Below the pieces are notes generated by a model. That model did no database searches and had not been told where the DNA came from. It saw nothing but the letters and a program-made list of their open reading frames with translations. From Candidatus Cloacimonadota bacterium (lineage in GTDB: Bacteria > Cloacimonadota > Cloacimonadia > JGIOTU-2), in the NCBI GenBank assembly GCA_049903315.1, contig JBNGBT010000010.1, positions 34,868-98,867 on the forward strand: 64,000 nucleotides of DNA, in the 5' to 3' direction. The position numbers and the translations under genes were made by a program. Of the stretch, positions 1-10,124 are shown piece by piece. Every line of letters starts with the position of its first letter. The first letter of the stretch is position 1.

Positions 1-1380
1 TCGTTCATTGCGTTCTTTAAACTCCCTGCACACGGAGGTATGATCCTCAACAACACAAGTGGATGGAGTATACCCTATACGATCAGCTTGATCCTGGATA
101 ATCTCTCGGCATTTATGCTGATAGTGGTGAACCTTGTTGCTTTTCTTTCTGCATTCTATGCAATACAGTATATAAATCATTTCAACGGCAAATGGAATTT
201 TTTTGCACTTTTTATGCTGATGCTAACAGGAATGAACGGAGTGATACTTACAGGAGACTTCTTCAATTTATATGTTTTCATGGAGATATCACTCATTTCC
301 GCCTATGCTCTTGTTGCCTTTGGTACGGAATCTGAAGAGCTGGAGGCATCATTCAAATATGCGACAATGGGTGCAATTACATCTACCATGATTCTGTTCG
401 GTATTGGAATACTCTACAGTTATACTTCCACGCTTACAATGGCAGATGTAGGGCTTCAGCTAAGAAATACCGGAACTCCAAAACTGCTTTTCCTTGTGTA
501 TGGTTTATTTATTGCGGGTTTTGGTTTGAAAACAGCATTGGTTCCCTTCCATGCATGGCTTCCTGATGCACATCCCTCAGCCCCGGCTCCGATATCTGCA
601 ATGCTCTCAGGGGTGCTTATTAAAACACTGGGAGTCTATGCGATTGTGAGAATTTTCTTTAATGTATTCGGAGCACCAACTGTTGTACTGCAAATTCTCA
701 TGTTGCTTGGTACTCTTTCTATAGTGATTGGAGGATTTCTCTCTGTCGTGCAATGGGATTTCAAACGATTACTAGGATTCAGCAGTATTAGCCAGATTGG
801 GTATGTTGTCGTTGGTTTTGCACTCGGCACACCTCTCGGTATTCTCGGTGGTATCTTACATCTTTTCTATCATTCGATCTTCAAATCACTGCTCTTCTTG
901 GACAGTGGGGCTGTCGAATATGCGACCGACACACGGGATTTACGCCAGTTAGGCGGTCTATCAAAAGAGATGAAGGTCACTTCTACGACGACAATGGTTG
1001 GCACTTTATCTATTTCAGGAATTCCGCCATTCAATGGATTTTTCAGCAAACTCATCATTATCATTGCATGTATTTCTGCTGGACAGATCGTTGTGGGTAT
1101 TATTGCAGCGTTAGTGAGTATTGTTACTCTCGCATACTTCCTGAAAGTTCAAAAGCATGCATTCTTTGGCAAAAAGGGATCTGCAAAAGTACTTGAAAAA
1201 GTTCCCTTTGCTATGAAAACAGCGATGATCATCTTAGCTGCATTGTGCCTGATAACTTCCGCAATTATGATTCCCTCAATTAGAAAACAATATCTGAATC
1301 CCATAGTGGATACCGTTATGGGAAAAACTTCATATATCGACAAGGTCGAGCCCTATCTTGATAATGGGAGTGTTAAATGA
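1..1380 (+). CDS. mnhD: Mrp/Mnh antiporter subunit D-like (MbhH/NuoN-family) membrane subunit of a membrane-bound hydrogenase; probably 5'-partial
   Basis: Motifs GDFFNLYVFMEI, GLKTALVPFHAWLPDAHPSAPAPISAMLSG, DFKRLLGFSSISQIGY and SGIPPFNGFFSK. The frame is open from base 1 to the ATG at 40, so the true start is probably upstream of the window. Confidence 0.88.
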   Translation, partial: SFIAFFKLPAHGGMILNNTSGWSIPYTISLILDNLSAFMLIVVNLVAFLSAFYAIQYINHFNGKWNFFALFMLMLTGMNGVILTGDFFNLYVFMEISLISAYALVAFGTESEELEASFKYATMGAITSTMILFGIGILYSYTSTLTMADVGLQLRNTGTPKLLFLVYGLFIAGFGLKTALVPFHAWLPDAHPSAPAPISAMLSGVLIKTLGVYAIVRIFFNVFGAPTVVLQILMLLGTLSIVIGGFLSVVQWDFKRLLGFSSISQIGYVVVGFALGTPLGILGGILHLFYHSIFKSLLFLDSGAVEYATDTRDLRQLGGLSKEMKVTSTTTMVGTLSISGIPPFNGFFSKLIIIIACISAGQIVVGIIAALVSIVTLAYFLKVQKHAFFGKKGSAKVLEKVPFAMKTAMIILAALCLITSAIMIPSIRKQYLNPIVDTVMGKTSYIDKVEPYLDNGSVK

Positions 1381-1880
1381 AGATAGAAACAAAGAGCAGG
1401 ATCGTTGTCTTTATCCTTTCCGTATTAGTGTGGATATTGATAACGATGGTTTTCAGTATTTCTTCCTTAGTCGCAGGCATTATCGTTGCATTGATAACCG
1501 CGATATTTGCTGGAGAGATGCTGATCGTTACAGAAAGAAAATTTCATCTTAAACGAGTATGGTACACACTTGAATATCTGGTAAAGTTTACATGGGAACT
1601 GATCAAAGCAAATTTCCATGTGGCATATATTGTGATTCACCCCCTCCTTCCTATCAAGCCCGGTATCGTGAAAGTGAGAACGAAACTCAAAAGAGATTCT
1701 GCACTAACCATGCTTGCCAATTCAATAACCCTAACTCCCGGAACATTAACTGTTGATGTTGACGTCGATAATCAAGTTCTCTACGTGCACTGGATAGACG
1801 TAAAATGTACCGATATAGACGAAACCACGGAAGAAGTGGGTGGTCGCTTTGAAAAACTACTCGAGGAGATCTTTGAATGA
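1377..1880 (+). CDS. mnhE: Na+/H+ antiporter subunit E (MnhE/MbhA-like)
   Basis: PGIVKV...LANSITLTPGTLTVDV...LYVHWID signature; ATGA overlap with the upstream gene. Confidence 0.92.
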   Translation: MKIETKSRIVVFILSVLVWILITMVFSISSLVAGIIVALITAIFAGEMLIVTERKFHLKRVWYTLEYLVKFTWELIKANFHVAYIVIHPLLPIKPGIVKVRTKLKRDSALTMLANSITLTPGTLTVDVDVDNQVLYVHWIDVKCTDIDETTEEVGGRFEKLLEEIFE

Positions 1881-2218
1881 GAGTTTTTAGATGGTTTTTA
1901 GGTTTACTTTTCATTGCAGCATTCTTTATAATAAATTTTGTTGTATTCACTGAAATTCCCTTTAATTATAAGTTGATCAATGTGCTCCTTTTCTGCTCGC
2001 TGTTCATACTTATACGAGTGGTGAAAGGACCTTCAGTTGCAGATCGTATTGTTGCTATTGATATTCTAGGTATTCTGATCATAGGAATATGTGCGATACT
2101 TGCGATTGCATTGCAGCGCTCATATTTCATAGATATTGGTATCGCCTGGGGTCTGCAGAGTTTTATCGGAGCTTTAGCGCTTGCCAAATTCTTAGAAGGG
2201 AGGTCACTCGATGCCTGA
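1877..2218 (+). CDS. mnhF: Na+/H+ antiporter subunit F (MnhF/MbhB-like) with an extra N-terminal hydrophobic segment
   Basis: RVVKGPSVADRIVAID and FIGALALAKFL motifs; ATGA overlap. Confidence 0.88.
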   Translation: MRVFRWFLGLLFIAAFFIINFVVFTEIPFNYKLINVLLFCSLFILIRVVKGPSVADRIVAIDILGILIIGICAILAIALQRSYFIDIGIAWGLQSFIGALALAKFLEGRSLDA

Positions 2219-2570
2219 TCTTGCAATTAATCAAATTATCGGCTATGTAATTATTTGTATTGGCATCATTTTTGATCTTTTTGGTGTGCTCGGACTTGTA
2301 CGCCTTCCCGATGTATATAACCGTCTTCAGGCAGCCACGAAGAGTGTGACTTTTGGTTCTGCAGGGATACTGTTCGGTGTGTTTGTCTATTCAGGTTTCA
2401 ATGCAATGGGCTTCAAGGCAATCTTAGCTGCAATATTTGTTCTTTTGACTTCACCCGTATCTGCACATGCTATTGCAAAAGCTGCCCACAAAGCAGGCAT
2501 CAAATTGACCGACAAGACAATCATTGATCTATATCGCCAGGATAAAGACAAGAGTGAGGAACAGAAATGA
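2211..2570 (+). CDS. mnhG: Na+/H+ antiporter subunit G (MnhG/MbhC-like)
   Basis: GLVRLPDVYNRLQAATK and LTSPVSAHAIAKAA motifs. Confidence 0.92.
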   Translation: MPDLAINQIIGYVIICIGIIFDLFGVLGLVRLPDVYNRLQAATKSVTFGSAGILFGVFVYSGFNAMGFKAILAAIFVLLTSPVSAHAIAKAAHKAGIKLTDKTIIDLYRQDKDKSEEQK

Positions 2571-3178
2571 TAATTCCAAAACTTAGAGAATTAGGTGAAG
2601 CAATAACATCACTTTTTTCAAAACCAATAACAAGTAAGTATCCTTTTACAAAGAAACCCTATGAACCGGTGAAACAGTTCAAAGGAAAGCCGATATATAA
2701 TGAAGAAGAGTGTGTCGGCTGCGGCTCATGTGCTCAAGTATGTCCTGCTGGTGCGATTGAAATGATCGATATTCCAGAAGAAGGCAAGCGCATCATGCAG
2801 GTGAGTTATACACACTGTATTCGCTGTGGCCAATGTGAGGAACATTGTATTACACAAAAAGGGATCAAGCTTTCTAATGAATACATCTCAGCTACTTTCA
2901 GCCCCGCGCGCGAAGCCGATATGATGAGTATAGAAAAGAAACTCATTGTCTGTCCTGTTTGTGGAACAAAGATCGCTACGGAAGATCATATGAACTGGCT
3001 TGCAGAAAAATTAGGTCCAAAAGCTTATGGTAATCCAAATCTTCTCGCTTTCATTCAACTTCGCTATCAGGATCTCCCGGATGCAAAAATAAAGAAGGAT
3101 AAACTTAGAAGAGAAGATTATTATAAATTGATGTGTCCGCGCTGTAGGCACCAGGTTGTTGTCGAAGATGCATTCTGA
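2567..3178 (+). CDS. NuoI/HycF/MbhN-like 2x[4Fe-4S] hydrogenase subunit with extra C-terminal CxxC pairs
   Basis: TSKYPF...KGKP, CVGCGSCAQVCP and CIRCGQCEEHC, plus CPVC and CPRC. Confidence 0.88.
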   Translation: MIIPKLRELGEAITSLFSKPITSKYPFTKKPYEPVKQFKGKPIYNEEECVGCGSCAQVCPAGAIEMIDIPEEGKRIMQVSYTHCIRCGQCEEHCITQKGIKLSNEYISATFSPAREADMMSIEKKLIVCPVCGTKIATEDHMNWLAEKLGPKAYGNPNLLAFIQLRYQDLPDAKIKKDKLRREDYYKLMCPRCRHQVVVEDAF

Positions 3179-3649
3179 TGAGTTAAAAAAATTATTTACA
3201 TCCATAAAAGATAAACGAACCCTATTTGTGGGGCTGGGAAATTATCAACGCGGAGATGATGCCGCAGGTTTATATATTGTTGAGCAACTGCAATCAAAAT
3301 GTAAAAAAAAAAAGTTACATATCTGATCGCAGAAACAACTCCAGAAAATTATTTGAATACCCTCATTTCCAAAGATATTGATATAATAATTTTTTTTGAT
3401 GCGTGCAGGCTACCGTCAGATGCGGGAGAGGTAAAAATCTTAGATCCTAAAGAAATAAGCACATTCTCGACTTCTACGCATACGAGCTCCATGAGTGTGA
3501 TCATCGACTATATTCATAAGTTATCTGATGTAAAGATCAAAGTAATTGGCATTAATGTAAAAAGTGCTCATTTAGGAACGGAAATTTCACCGGAAATAAA
3601 AGAGAGTGCTGATTCTCTTATAATGATGATAAAAAATGCAACAAGCTGA
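3168..3649 (+). pseudogene. hycI: Hydrogenase maturation endopeptidase (HycI family), split by a frameshift at an A11 tract (3303-3313); 160 aa if a -1 shift or one extra A is allowed
   Basis: The ATG at 3168 reads MHSDELKKLFTSIKDKRTLFVGLGNYQRGDDAAG... to TGA at 3324-3326. The -1 frame continues VTYLIAETTPENYL...IIFFDA...STSTH to 3649. Confidence 0.88.
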
Positions 3650-5906
3650 GATACTCCTCACGGGTATTGTGCAGGGAGTAGGATTTCGTCCTTTTGTAAA
3701 AAGAACTGCACTTGATCATGGCATCACAGGCTATGTTGAAAATAGAGAATTCGGGGTAAAAATAATTGCAGCGGCATCAAAAAAGTTCATTGAGGATTTT
3801 TTAAAAGATATCCTCGATAATGCCCCGGCAGTCTCGACAATTCTTACTCATTCAATAAAATATTTTGATCAAGAACTGCCTGAATATAGTTCATTTGAAA
3901 TTGCACCCAGCAAGAAAAAGGGGGAGATATCAGCACTAATTCCTCCTGATATTGCCACATGTGAAAAATGTGCACAAGAAATTTTCAATAAAGATGACAG
4001 GCATTTTTCATATCCATTTACTAATTGCACAAACTGCGGTCCGAGATTTTCAATAATACAATCTATTCCGTATGATAGAAAAAACACGACAATGAGAAAG
4101 TTCATTATGTGCGATGACTGCAATCGGGAATATACAACAGTTTCAGATAGAAGATATCATGCTCAGCCGAATGCCTGCCCTAAATGCGGTCCGGAATTAT
4201 GCTTTATTGAAATTGTGGACGAATGCCCAATTGTAACCGAGAAAAGAGAAAAGGCATTTGAGAGGACCATATCACTTCTGCAAAAGGGAGAGATTGTAGC
4301 AATAAAAGGGATCGGGGGCTACCATCTCGTGTGCAATGCTTTGAAAAAGGATGTTGTGGAAAAACTCAGGATGTTGAAGTTTAGACCGAATAAACCTTTT
4401 GCATTGATGGCGCGGGATATTGAAACCATAGAAGAATATTGCATAGCAAATGAAGTTGAGAAGAGCATGTTGGAAGGGCAGCAAAAACCAATTGTCCTGC
4501 TAAGCAAAAAAAATGATACTCTGGAGCATGTAGCTCCCGGGGTGAAAGATCTCGGTTTTATGCTTCCGTACACACCGTTGCATTATCTGCTTTTCAGACA
4601 TTTTCGTTTGCTTGTATTTACCAGCGGCAATATCTCTGAAGAAGCCCTCGAAAATAACGACGATTCCGCATATCAAAATCTTGCAAATATAACCCGGTAT
4701 TATCTTTCTTATAACAGAGAAATCTTTAATCGCATCGATGATTCAATCGTGACATATGCAGGGGATCAAAGAATCTTGATAAGGAAGGCGCGAGGATTTG
4801 TACCGAAACCTATAAACATTGCACGAGGAAAAGGTAAACAGCAGATCTTTGCTTCAGGTGCAGATATGAAGGGTTCATTCGGACTCACTAAAGAAAATAT
4901 TTTTCTCGGCAGTCAATATCTCGGCGATCTCGCATTTGAGTCAAATACCAAATTTTACAAGGAATCCCTTGAGTACTTTCAATCAATATTCGAAATGAAA
5001 CCACAGATTGTCATCGCGGATTCCCATCCAAATTACTTCTCGACACAGTTTGCACGAGAGTTTGCAGAAGAGAACGAGCTACCTATTCACTATGTACAAC
5101 ATCATAACGCCCATATCTACAGTGTAATGGCGGAAAACGATCTTGAAAATGTATTAGGAGTTTCATTTGACGGAACCGGCTTTGGAGATGATGGAAATGT
5201 CTGGGGTGGAGAATTTTTTATTATTAACAAAACTGAGTCCGAGAGGTTTGCTCATTTGAATTATGTGCCCATGGTTTCCGGAGAACGTGCAGCGAAAGAG
5301 CCATGGAGAATGGCATTGATTTATTTATATAAATATTATCCTGAAGCAGTTGAAGGTATTATTACTGAAAAGAAATTTCCACAGAAGGATATGATCTTTC
5401 TCCAGCTCCTCAATGATTCTGTGCGACTTCAGACCTCAAGTATGGGAAGATTCTTTGATGCGGTTGCAAGTCTTATCGATGTATGCCATTTCAATTCCTA
5501 TGAAGGCGAAGCTCCTATGAAATTGGAAGCTCTTGCAGATGAAAACTTTTCGGGATATTATCATTTTGATTTTAATAAGCAGCAGTCACTCATCGAGGTT
5601 GATATGATAATTAAAGGAATTGTGAATGATATTCAAGAGCAAAGATCGAAAGTATTCATATCATCCAAATTTCACTTTACAATTGCGAAGATGGTTTTCG
5701 ATTTGTGTAAAAAAATGAAGAATGAATCCAGCATAGATGCAGTAGCGCTTTCTGGTGGAGTGTTTCAGAATGTCGTGCTTGTTAATATGATAAAAAGAGT
5801 ATTTTCCGGCAGCGAACTGAAGTTGTTTTGGAATGAAAAAGTACCACCTAATGATGCAGGAATTGCACTTGGCCAGGTTTATTCATATCTCTTGAGAAGC
5901 AGGTAA
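3636..5906 (+). CDS. hypF: Carbamoyltransferase HypF
   Basis: GIVQGVGFRPFV, Zn-finger CTNCGPR, RRYHAQPNACPKCGP, KGIGGYHL, VQHHNAH, DGTGFG and PPNDAGIALGQ. Confidence 0.97.
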   Translation: MQQAEILLTGIVQGVGFRPFVKRTALDHGITGYVENREFGVKIIAAASKKFIEDFLKDILDNAPAVSTILTHSIKYFDQELPEYSSFEIAPSKKKGEISALIPPDIATCEKCAQEIFNKDDRHFSYPFTNCTNCGPRFSIIQSIPYDRKNTTMRKFIMCDDCNREYTTVSDRRYHAQPNACPKCGPELCFIEIVDECPIVTEKREKAFERTISLLQKGEIVAIKGIGGYHLVCNALKKDVVEKLRMLKFRPNKPFALMARDIETIEEYCIANEVEKSMLEGQQKPIVLLSKKNDTLEHVAPGVKDLGFMLPYTPLHYLLFRHFRLLVFTSGNISEEALENNDDSAYQNLANITRYYLSYNREIFNRIDDSIVTYAGDQRILIRKARGFVPKPINIARGKGKQQIFASGADMKGSFGLTKENIFLGSQYLGDLAFESNTKFYKESLEYFQSIFEMKPQIVIADSHPNYFSTQFAREFAEENELPIHYVQHHNAHIYSVMAENDLENVLGVSFDGTGFGDDGNVWGGEFFIINKTESERFAHLNYVPMVSGERAAKEPWRMALIYLYKYYPEAVEGIITEKKFPQKDMIFLQLLNDSVRLQTSSMGRFFDAVASLIDVCHFNSYEGEAPMKLEALADENFSGYYHFDFNKQQSLIEVDMIIKGIVNDIQEQRSKVFISSKFHFTIAKMVFDLCKKMKNESSIDAVALSGGVFQNVVLVNMIKRVFSGSELKLFWNEKVPPNDAGIALGQVYSYLLRSR

Positions 5907-5908
5907 TA

Positions 5909-6130
5909 ATGTGTTTGGCAGTACCTTATAGAATTATTTCAAAAGACGGCAATAAAGCCATTGCAGATGTCTTCGGCATGAAAAAAGAGATAGACATCCG
6001 CATTATAGAGAATGTCGAAGTCGATGAATATGTACTTGTTCATGCAGGCTTTGCCATTCAAAGAGTAAGTCCCGAGGATGCAAAGGAAACTCTTGAGCTA
6101 CTCACCGAACTCTGCGAAGCCGAAGAGTAA
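5909..6130 (+). CDS. hypC: Hydrogenase maturation chaperone HypC
   Basis: MCLAVP N-terminus and YVLVHAGFAI. Confidence 0.97.
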   Translation: MCLAVPYRIISKDGNKAIADVFGMKKEIDIRIIENVEVDEYVLVHAGFAIQRVSPEDAKETLELLTELCEAEE

Positions 6131-6133
6131 ACC

Positions 6134-7222
6134 ATGACCGATAAATTCAGAAATAATCCTGAACTAAAACCGCTTCTAGAAAAAATTAAGCATGAGGTAG
6201 CTGCACTCGACCGAAAAGTACTTCCTCTGAAATTTATGGAAGTGTGCGGCACTCATACAGTTTCAATACTCAAATTTGGATTCAGGCATTATTTCAAAGA
6301 TTCAATAAAATTTCTCTCAGGACCCGGATGTCCTGTGTGTGTTACTTCAATCCGGGATATTGATAAGATCATATTTTTGGCTCAACAGGGACATCATATA
6401 GTCACTTTTGGAGATCTGATAAAAGTGCCCGGAAGCACATCAAGTTTGGAAAAGGAGATCGCAAAAGGTGCGCTCGTAAGTGTCGTATATAGTCCGTTGG
6501 ATGCCCTGAATATCGCAAAGACTACCTCTAAAGAAGTGATATTTATCGCAGTCGGGTTTGAAACGACAATTCCCGCGATTGCGAGTTTGGTTCTGGATGC
6601 CTATGCACAACAGATACACAATATCACAATTCTTTGTCTGGTAAAAACGATGCCGAATGTCCTACAATTTCTTCTTTCCCAGCTAGAAGGTGAAATTGAT
6701 GGATTCATTATGCCAGGGCATGTGAGTGTAATAATTGGCTCTGAACCATATGAATTTATACCAAGTAAATATCATATTCCCTGCACAGTAGCTGGTTTCG
6801 AGCCCGTAGATATGGGATTGGGAATTGAATCGTTGGTATCTCAAATTAAAAACAATAATCCGTTTGTCGATAATAGATATAAGAGAATGGTAAGATCCGA
6901 GGGAAACAGAGCGGCACAAGAGCTGATCTCAGCAGTATTTGACGAGTGTGATGTATCGTGGCGCGGATTTGGCTTGATCCCCAAGAGTGGATTATGCCTG
7001 AAAGAGGATTATGCAAAATTTGATGCAGAGAAAAAATATAATATAGAAGTAAAGGATGAAGTTGTACAAACCGCTTGTATCTGCGGAGATATCATTGCAG
7101 GAAGAAAAACCCCTCTTGAGTGTACCCTGTTCAGGAAAAATTGTACTCCGGAAAATCCGGTTGGACCATGTATGGTTTCCTTCGAAGGCGCATGCGCCGC
7201 ATATTATAAATATGGAGAATGA
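6134..7222 (+). CDS. hypD: Hydrogenase formation protein HypD
   Basis: MEVCGTH, GPGCPVC, GFETT, PGHVS and PVGPCMVSFEGACAAYYKY. Confidence 0.97.
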   Translation: MTDKFRNNPELKPLLEKIKHEVAALDRKVLPLKFMEVCGTHTVSILKFGFRHYFKDSIKFLSGPGCPVCVTSIRDIDKIIFLAQQGHHIVTFGDLIKVPGSTSSLEKEIAKGALVSVVYSPLDALNIAKTTSKEVIFIAVGFETTIPAIASLVLDAYAQQIHNITILCLVKTMPNVLQFLLSQLEGEIDGFIMPGHVSVIIGSEPYEFIPSKYHIPCTVAGFEPVDMGLGIESLVSQIKNNNPFVDNRYKRMVRSEGNRAAQELISAVFDECDVSWRGFGLIPKSGLCLKEDYAKFDAEKKYNIEVKDEVVQTACICGDIIAGRKTPLECTLFRKNCTPENPVGPCMVSFEGACAAYYKYGE

Positions 7223-8226
7223 TGAACAAAGATACTACTATTCTTCTCTCTCATGGGAGCGGCGGTAAACAGAGCCAGAAACTTATAGAACTGATATATG
7301 AAATACTCAGTGATGTCGTTATCAATCATGGTGAAGATAGCGGACTTTTAGAAACCACTGAAGGCAAGGCAGCAATCACAACTGACAGCTATACAATTGA
7401 TCCCATTTTCTTTCCCGGCGGCAATATCGGGAAACTGGCTATATGCGGAACTACCAATGACCTTGCAATGGTTGGTGCGATCCCTAAATATGTTACTTTA
7501 TCGTTGATTATCGAAGAAGGATTCAGCTTTGACGATCTGAAAAAGATACTGATTTCGATAAGAGACGAAACCAGAAAAGATCAGATATCTATCATTGCAG
7601 GAGACACCAAAATCGTAAGTAAAGGCAAGATTGATAAAATATTTATTAATACTGCAGGATATGGAATTTTAAAGACCGAAGCTATCTCATCAAAGAATGC
7701 AAAACCGCAGGATACTGTAATCATTACAGGAGATATTGGCGATCACGGTGCGTCGATCATGGCATACAGAAATGGATTTGAGTCTTCTTTGAAATCAGAT
7801 TGCGCAAATGTTGCCCCGCTTATAAAAAAACTTCTAAATCGCGGAATTGTCATTCATGCATTAAGAGATCCAACACGTGGCGGACTTGCATCAATCCTGA
7901 ATGAAATCGCAAGTTCATCACAGGTGGATATCGAACTCGAAGAAGAGAAACTGCCAATCAAAAAAAGCGTGTCCGGCGTGTGTGATGCACTGGGTATTGA
8001 TCCTCTATATATGGCATGCGAAGGCAGAGCGATAATAATCTCACCGGGAGATCAAGCTGAAGAAATATTGAAAATATTACACGACGAATCCTTGGGGAAA
8101 AATGCGCAAATAATCGGTCGAGTTTTAGAAAAATCTGATGAACCTAAGTTATTTTTGAAAACATTCATCGGGGCAAAAAGGATATTACCCCTTCTCTCAC
8201 GAGAACAAACACCTCGAATCTGCTAA
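7219..8226 (+). CDS. hypE: Hydrogenase maturation protein HypE
   Basis: HGSGG, TTDSY, GDTK, RDPTRGG and C-terminal PRIC. Confidence 0.97.
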   Translation: MMNKDTTILLSHGSGGKQSQKLIELIYEILSDVVINHGEDSGLLETTEGKAAITTDSYTIDPIFFPGGNIGKLAICGTTNDLAMVGAIPKYVTLSLIIEEGFSFDDLKKILISIRDETRKDQISIIAGDTKIVSKGKIDKIFINTAGYGILKTEAISSKNAKPQDTVIITGDIGDHGASIMAYRNGFESSLKSDCANVAPLIKKLLNRGIVIHALRDPTRGGLASILNEIASSSQVDIELEEEKLPIKKSVSGVCDALGIDPLYMACEGRAIIISPGDQAEEILKILHDESLGKNAQIIGRVLEKSDEPKLFLKTFIGAKRILPLLSREQTPRIC

Positions 8227-8238
8227 CAGGAATACACC

Positions 8239-9399
8239 ATGCCGGACCAATTTGAGACAACTCTCCACAAAATTTATAAGACCCTCTTGCTGATCTTCCT
8301 TATCTATCTTTTCTTTCTGAGTATCGTTATGATGGGAGCTGGTTTTAAAGGTTTTCATGGCTTGTCTGAAAGTCTTATTAAAAGTGTGAGCAATCCGATA
8401 ATGGGATTACTCATAGGAATTTTAGCCACCAGCATTGTGCAGAGTTCTTCCACTACCACTTCTATCGTTGTAGGACTCGTTGCCAGTAATATTCTTGGGG
8501 CAGACTCCATCCGTATTGCGATCCCGATCATAATGGGAGCCAATATAGGAACGACAATTACAAATACACTTGTATCTCTGGGACATATTTCAAGAACAGA
8601 CGAGTTCAAGAGAGCCTATAGTTGCGCTATTGTGCATGATATATTCAATATTTTGGCAGTAATAATTCTGCTGCCATTAGAAATATATTTCGGAGTAATA
8701 GAAAAAATTTCTCTTAAACTAGGTTCATTTATCCTGCATGCAAATATTCAAGGTGCGGAGTTCAAAAGTCCCCTTGGATTAATAACAAAACCCATTGTCG
8801 GATTTCTGTATAATTCAAAATTTCCCAGTGCTTCGCCAGGACTGTTGCAAAAGATATTTCCCCCAACAATTGCCCAGATATTGATCCTTGTATTAGCCCT
8901 GGTATTCTTATTTATTGCGTTGAGATTTATGGTAAAAGTAATACGCGAGCTGGTTATAGGAAAGGTGGAACAGTTCTTTTCTGACTACATATTCCGGAAT
9001 GCTGTTCTTGCACTGCTTCTTGGTCTTATTCTCACTGCAATCGTTCAAAGCAGCTCGATCACGACGTCAATTATGATCCCGCTGGCAGGTGCAGGGATAG
9101 TGAATATCTACCAAGTTTTCCCATATACTGTAGGTGCCAATATAGGAACGACTGTGACTACTTTATTGGCAGCCATGGCAACGTGTTCACCTGCGGCACT
9201 TGTTGTCGCGATATCTCATTTCACGTTCAATGTGCTTGGAATGATTATCATACTTCCTTTCAAACCCGTGAGAATGATCCCAATCAAAATCGCATTAGCA
9301 GCTTCAAATATGACAATGAAAAGCAAATTATATCCAATATTATTTATCGCTTTGATATTTTTTATCATACCGGTACTTTTACTGGTCATTATGAAATAA
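8239..9399 (+). CDS. Na+/phosphate cotransporter (NptA/SLC34 family)
   Basis: Two QSSS motifs and two GANIGTT motifs. Confidence 0.92.
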   Translation: MPDQFETTLHKIYKTLLLIFLIYLFFLSIVMMGAGFKGFHGLSESLIKSVSNPIMGLLIGILATSIVQSSSTTTSIVVGLVASNILGADSIRIAIPIIMGANIGTTITNTLVSLGHISRTDEFKRAYSCAIVHDIFNILAVIILLPLEIYFGVIEKISLKLGSFILHANIQGAEFKSPLGLITKPIVGFLYNSKFPSASPGLLQKIFPPTIAQILILVLALVFLFIALRFMVKVIRELVIGKVEQFFSDYIFRNAVLALLLGLILTAIVQSSSITTSIMIPLAGAGIVNIYQVFPYTVGANIGTTVTTLLAAMATCSPAALVVAISHFTFNVLGMIIILPFKPVRMIPIKIALAASNMTMKSKLYPILFIALIFFIIPVLLLVIMK

Positions 9400-9428
9400 T
9401 TAGTTAATACCCGAATTCGAGGTAAAAA

Positions 9429-10124
9429 ATGATTAAAGAATTAATTGCACTATTCAAAAAAAGTAATCTCTATAAAGAGGCACACGAAGATGCCTGTGGC
9501 ATGCTTAACCGGGCTAATAATATGTTCGATAATGCAAGTGCTAAATTGCGCGGAAGAGAAATTCCACATCCTGATGTTGATATTTTCTATGAGGAAAGAA
9601 AAGTAGATAAAGCGGAACGCGCCGTACGCAAGAAAGTGTTAATACACCTCTCGGCTTCCGGCACAATGGATACACCCGGAGCAATAACTCTTATCGGCAT
9701 AGTTATAGATATTGAGAGAGTGGGTGACTATACTACCAATATACTCGAACTTGCAAGAGTAGCGAAAATACAATTGCATGCAGGTATTCTTGAAAATGAA
9801 CTCACAGAGATTGAATGCGAAATAGAACGTCTTTTTGATGTCGTGAGCCAGGCATTTGAAGAATATAATAAAGAAGAAGCCGAATCTGTAATTAATAAAA
9901 AACTTACAAGACGGTGCGAAGCATTACTCAATAGACTCATTACGGAAGACCTTGGAATGAATGTTCAGACAGCAGTAATTGCCGCTTTGTATGTTCGTTA
10001 TCTAAAGAGGATCGCAGCACATCTTCTAAATATTGCCACGTCTCTTGTACAACCATTTGAGAAGGTGCGTTTCATGCCGGAAAATGTTACTCAGAAATAT
10101 ACAAAAAAGTCAGAAAATGAGTAA
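9429..10124 (+). CDS. PhoU-domain protein (partner of the Na/Pi cotransporter)
   Basis: DIERVGDY and YLKRIAAH PhoU-repeat motifs; follows the Na/Pi transporter. Confidence 0.82.
   Translation: MIKELIALFKKSNLYKEAHEDACGMLNRANNMFDNASAKLRGREIPHPDVDIFYEERKVDKAERAVRKKVLIHLSASGTMDTPGAITLIGIVIDIERVGDYTTNILELARVAKIQLHAGILENELTEIECEIERLFDVVSQAFEEYNKEEAESVINKKLTRRCEALLNRLITEDLGMNVQTAVIAALYVRYLKRIAAHLLNIATSLVQPFEKVRFMPENVTQKYTKKSENE

Noticed and set aside
1..2570. Stand-alone Mrp Na+/H+ antiporter operon
   Set aside because: Directly coupled to a NuoI-like Fe-S gene, HycI and hypFCDE, which favours a hydrogenase membrane arm. The catalytic subunits are outside the window, so this is not proven.
3353..3649. 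98-aa ORF as a stand-alone gene
   Set aside because: It is the C-terminal half of the frameshifted HycI-like gene starting at 3168.
9405..9420. Short CCCGAATT motif recurring in several spacers (about 9410, 41479 and 62301 reverse)
   Set aside because: Too short to distinguish from chance without a genome-wide count.
10033..10116. N-terminal extension of the response regulator
   Set aside because: It overlaps the PhoU-like gene; the receiver domain begins at ATG 10117.
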